Below are positions 63,684-64,000 of a DNA stretch of 64,000 bases, piece by piece. Position 1 is the stretch's first letter; each line of letters begins with the position of its first letter. The translations under genes and the position numbers were made by a program. The notes beneath the pieces were generated by a model, which saw only the letters and a list, made by a program, of their open reading frames with translations, ran no database searches and had not been told where the DNA came from. The stretch comes from Mizuhopecten yessoensis (Eukaryota): positions 912,957 through 976,956 of the forward strand of contig NW_018408916.1 of assembly GCF_002113885.1 (NCBI RefSeq), read 5' to 3'.

Positions 63684-64000
63684 ATTTTTTTAATTTTTTT
63701 TTTTTTTTACGTTCAAATTGTTTTATTCCCCCAGCATTTTTGGGAGGGATGCCAGGGTTGGGGTGCCCCGGAATCATCCCTCTTACATAATATAGCCTCA
63801 TGCAAAAGGCCTCTTTCTCTTCATTCTCTCTTTCTTTTTCATTCATTCTTTCATACTCAAATTCAAAATCATTCATTCTTTCATACGTATATTTTATTCA
63901 TTACAATAACGATAATATTTATTTTGATTAAATTGATATATTAAATTACATCAACCATTCCTTCTTTATATATTCAAATATTGAACGTATTTTTATATTT
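63684..64000 (-). mobile_element. 3' end of a polyadenylated LINE, continuing beyond the window
   Basis: Poly(T) on + strand, AATAAA on - strand, 3' UTR, and ORF end KYVQYLNIKKEWLM*. Confidence 0.6.

Larger units (their letters stand above)
60778..63685. repeat. Satellite blocks in alternating orientation (+60778-61090, -61497-61988, +62326-62738, +63028-63685)
   Basis: Same CATCATACATGTAC monomer family, with a CAGTTAGGA variant. Confidence 0.9.

Overview
AT-rich eukaryotic DNA, most likely a bivalve mollusc (inferred from MAEGG-start TRIMs, V-SINE-like and Helentron-associated repeats). 1-34 kb: a tandem array of three single-coding-exon RING/B-box/coiled-coil/NHL-like beta-propeller (TRIM) paralogs. 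Copy 2 has a TGG>TAG nonsense codon. Each copy lies ~1.8-1.9 kb downstream of a conserved ISRE+Ets+CRE-like module and a 26/29-bp satellite of very variable length. A fourth promoter module at 59.5 kb has no TRIM ORF in the window. 39.5-43.5 kb: a decayed DIRS/Ngaro-type tyrosine-recombinase retrotransposon. 47137-56467: a young full-length Ty3/Gypsy LTR element (ACAGT TSD, tRNA-Leu PBS, PPT, -1 frameshift signal). It carries a splice-acceptor-led third ORF (C2H2 fingers plus charged coiled coil) and four covarying 32-nt hairpins in each LTR. 60.6-64 kb: a scrambled patchwork of satellite and Tx1/L1-type LINE pieces. Best candidates for new biology: hypervariable, putatively IRF-inducible TRIM propellers; a 'complex retrovirus-like' Gypsy element; and spliced Gag-YR expression in the DIRS-like element. 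All calls were made by eye, with no database searches.
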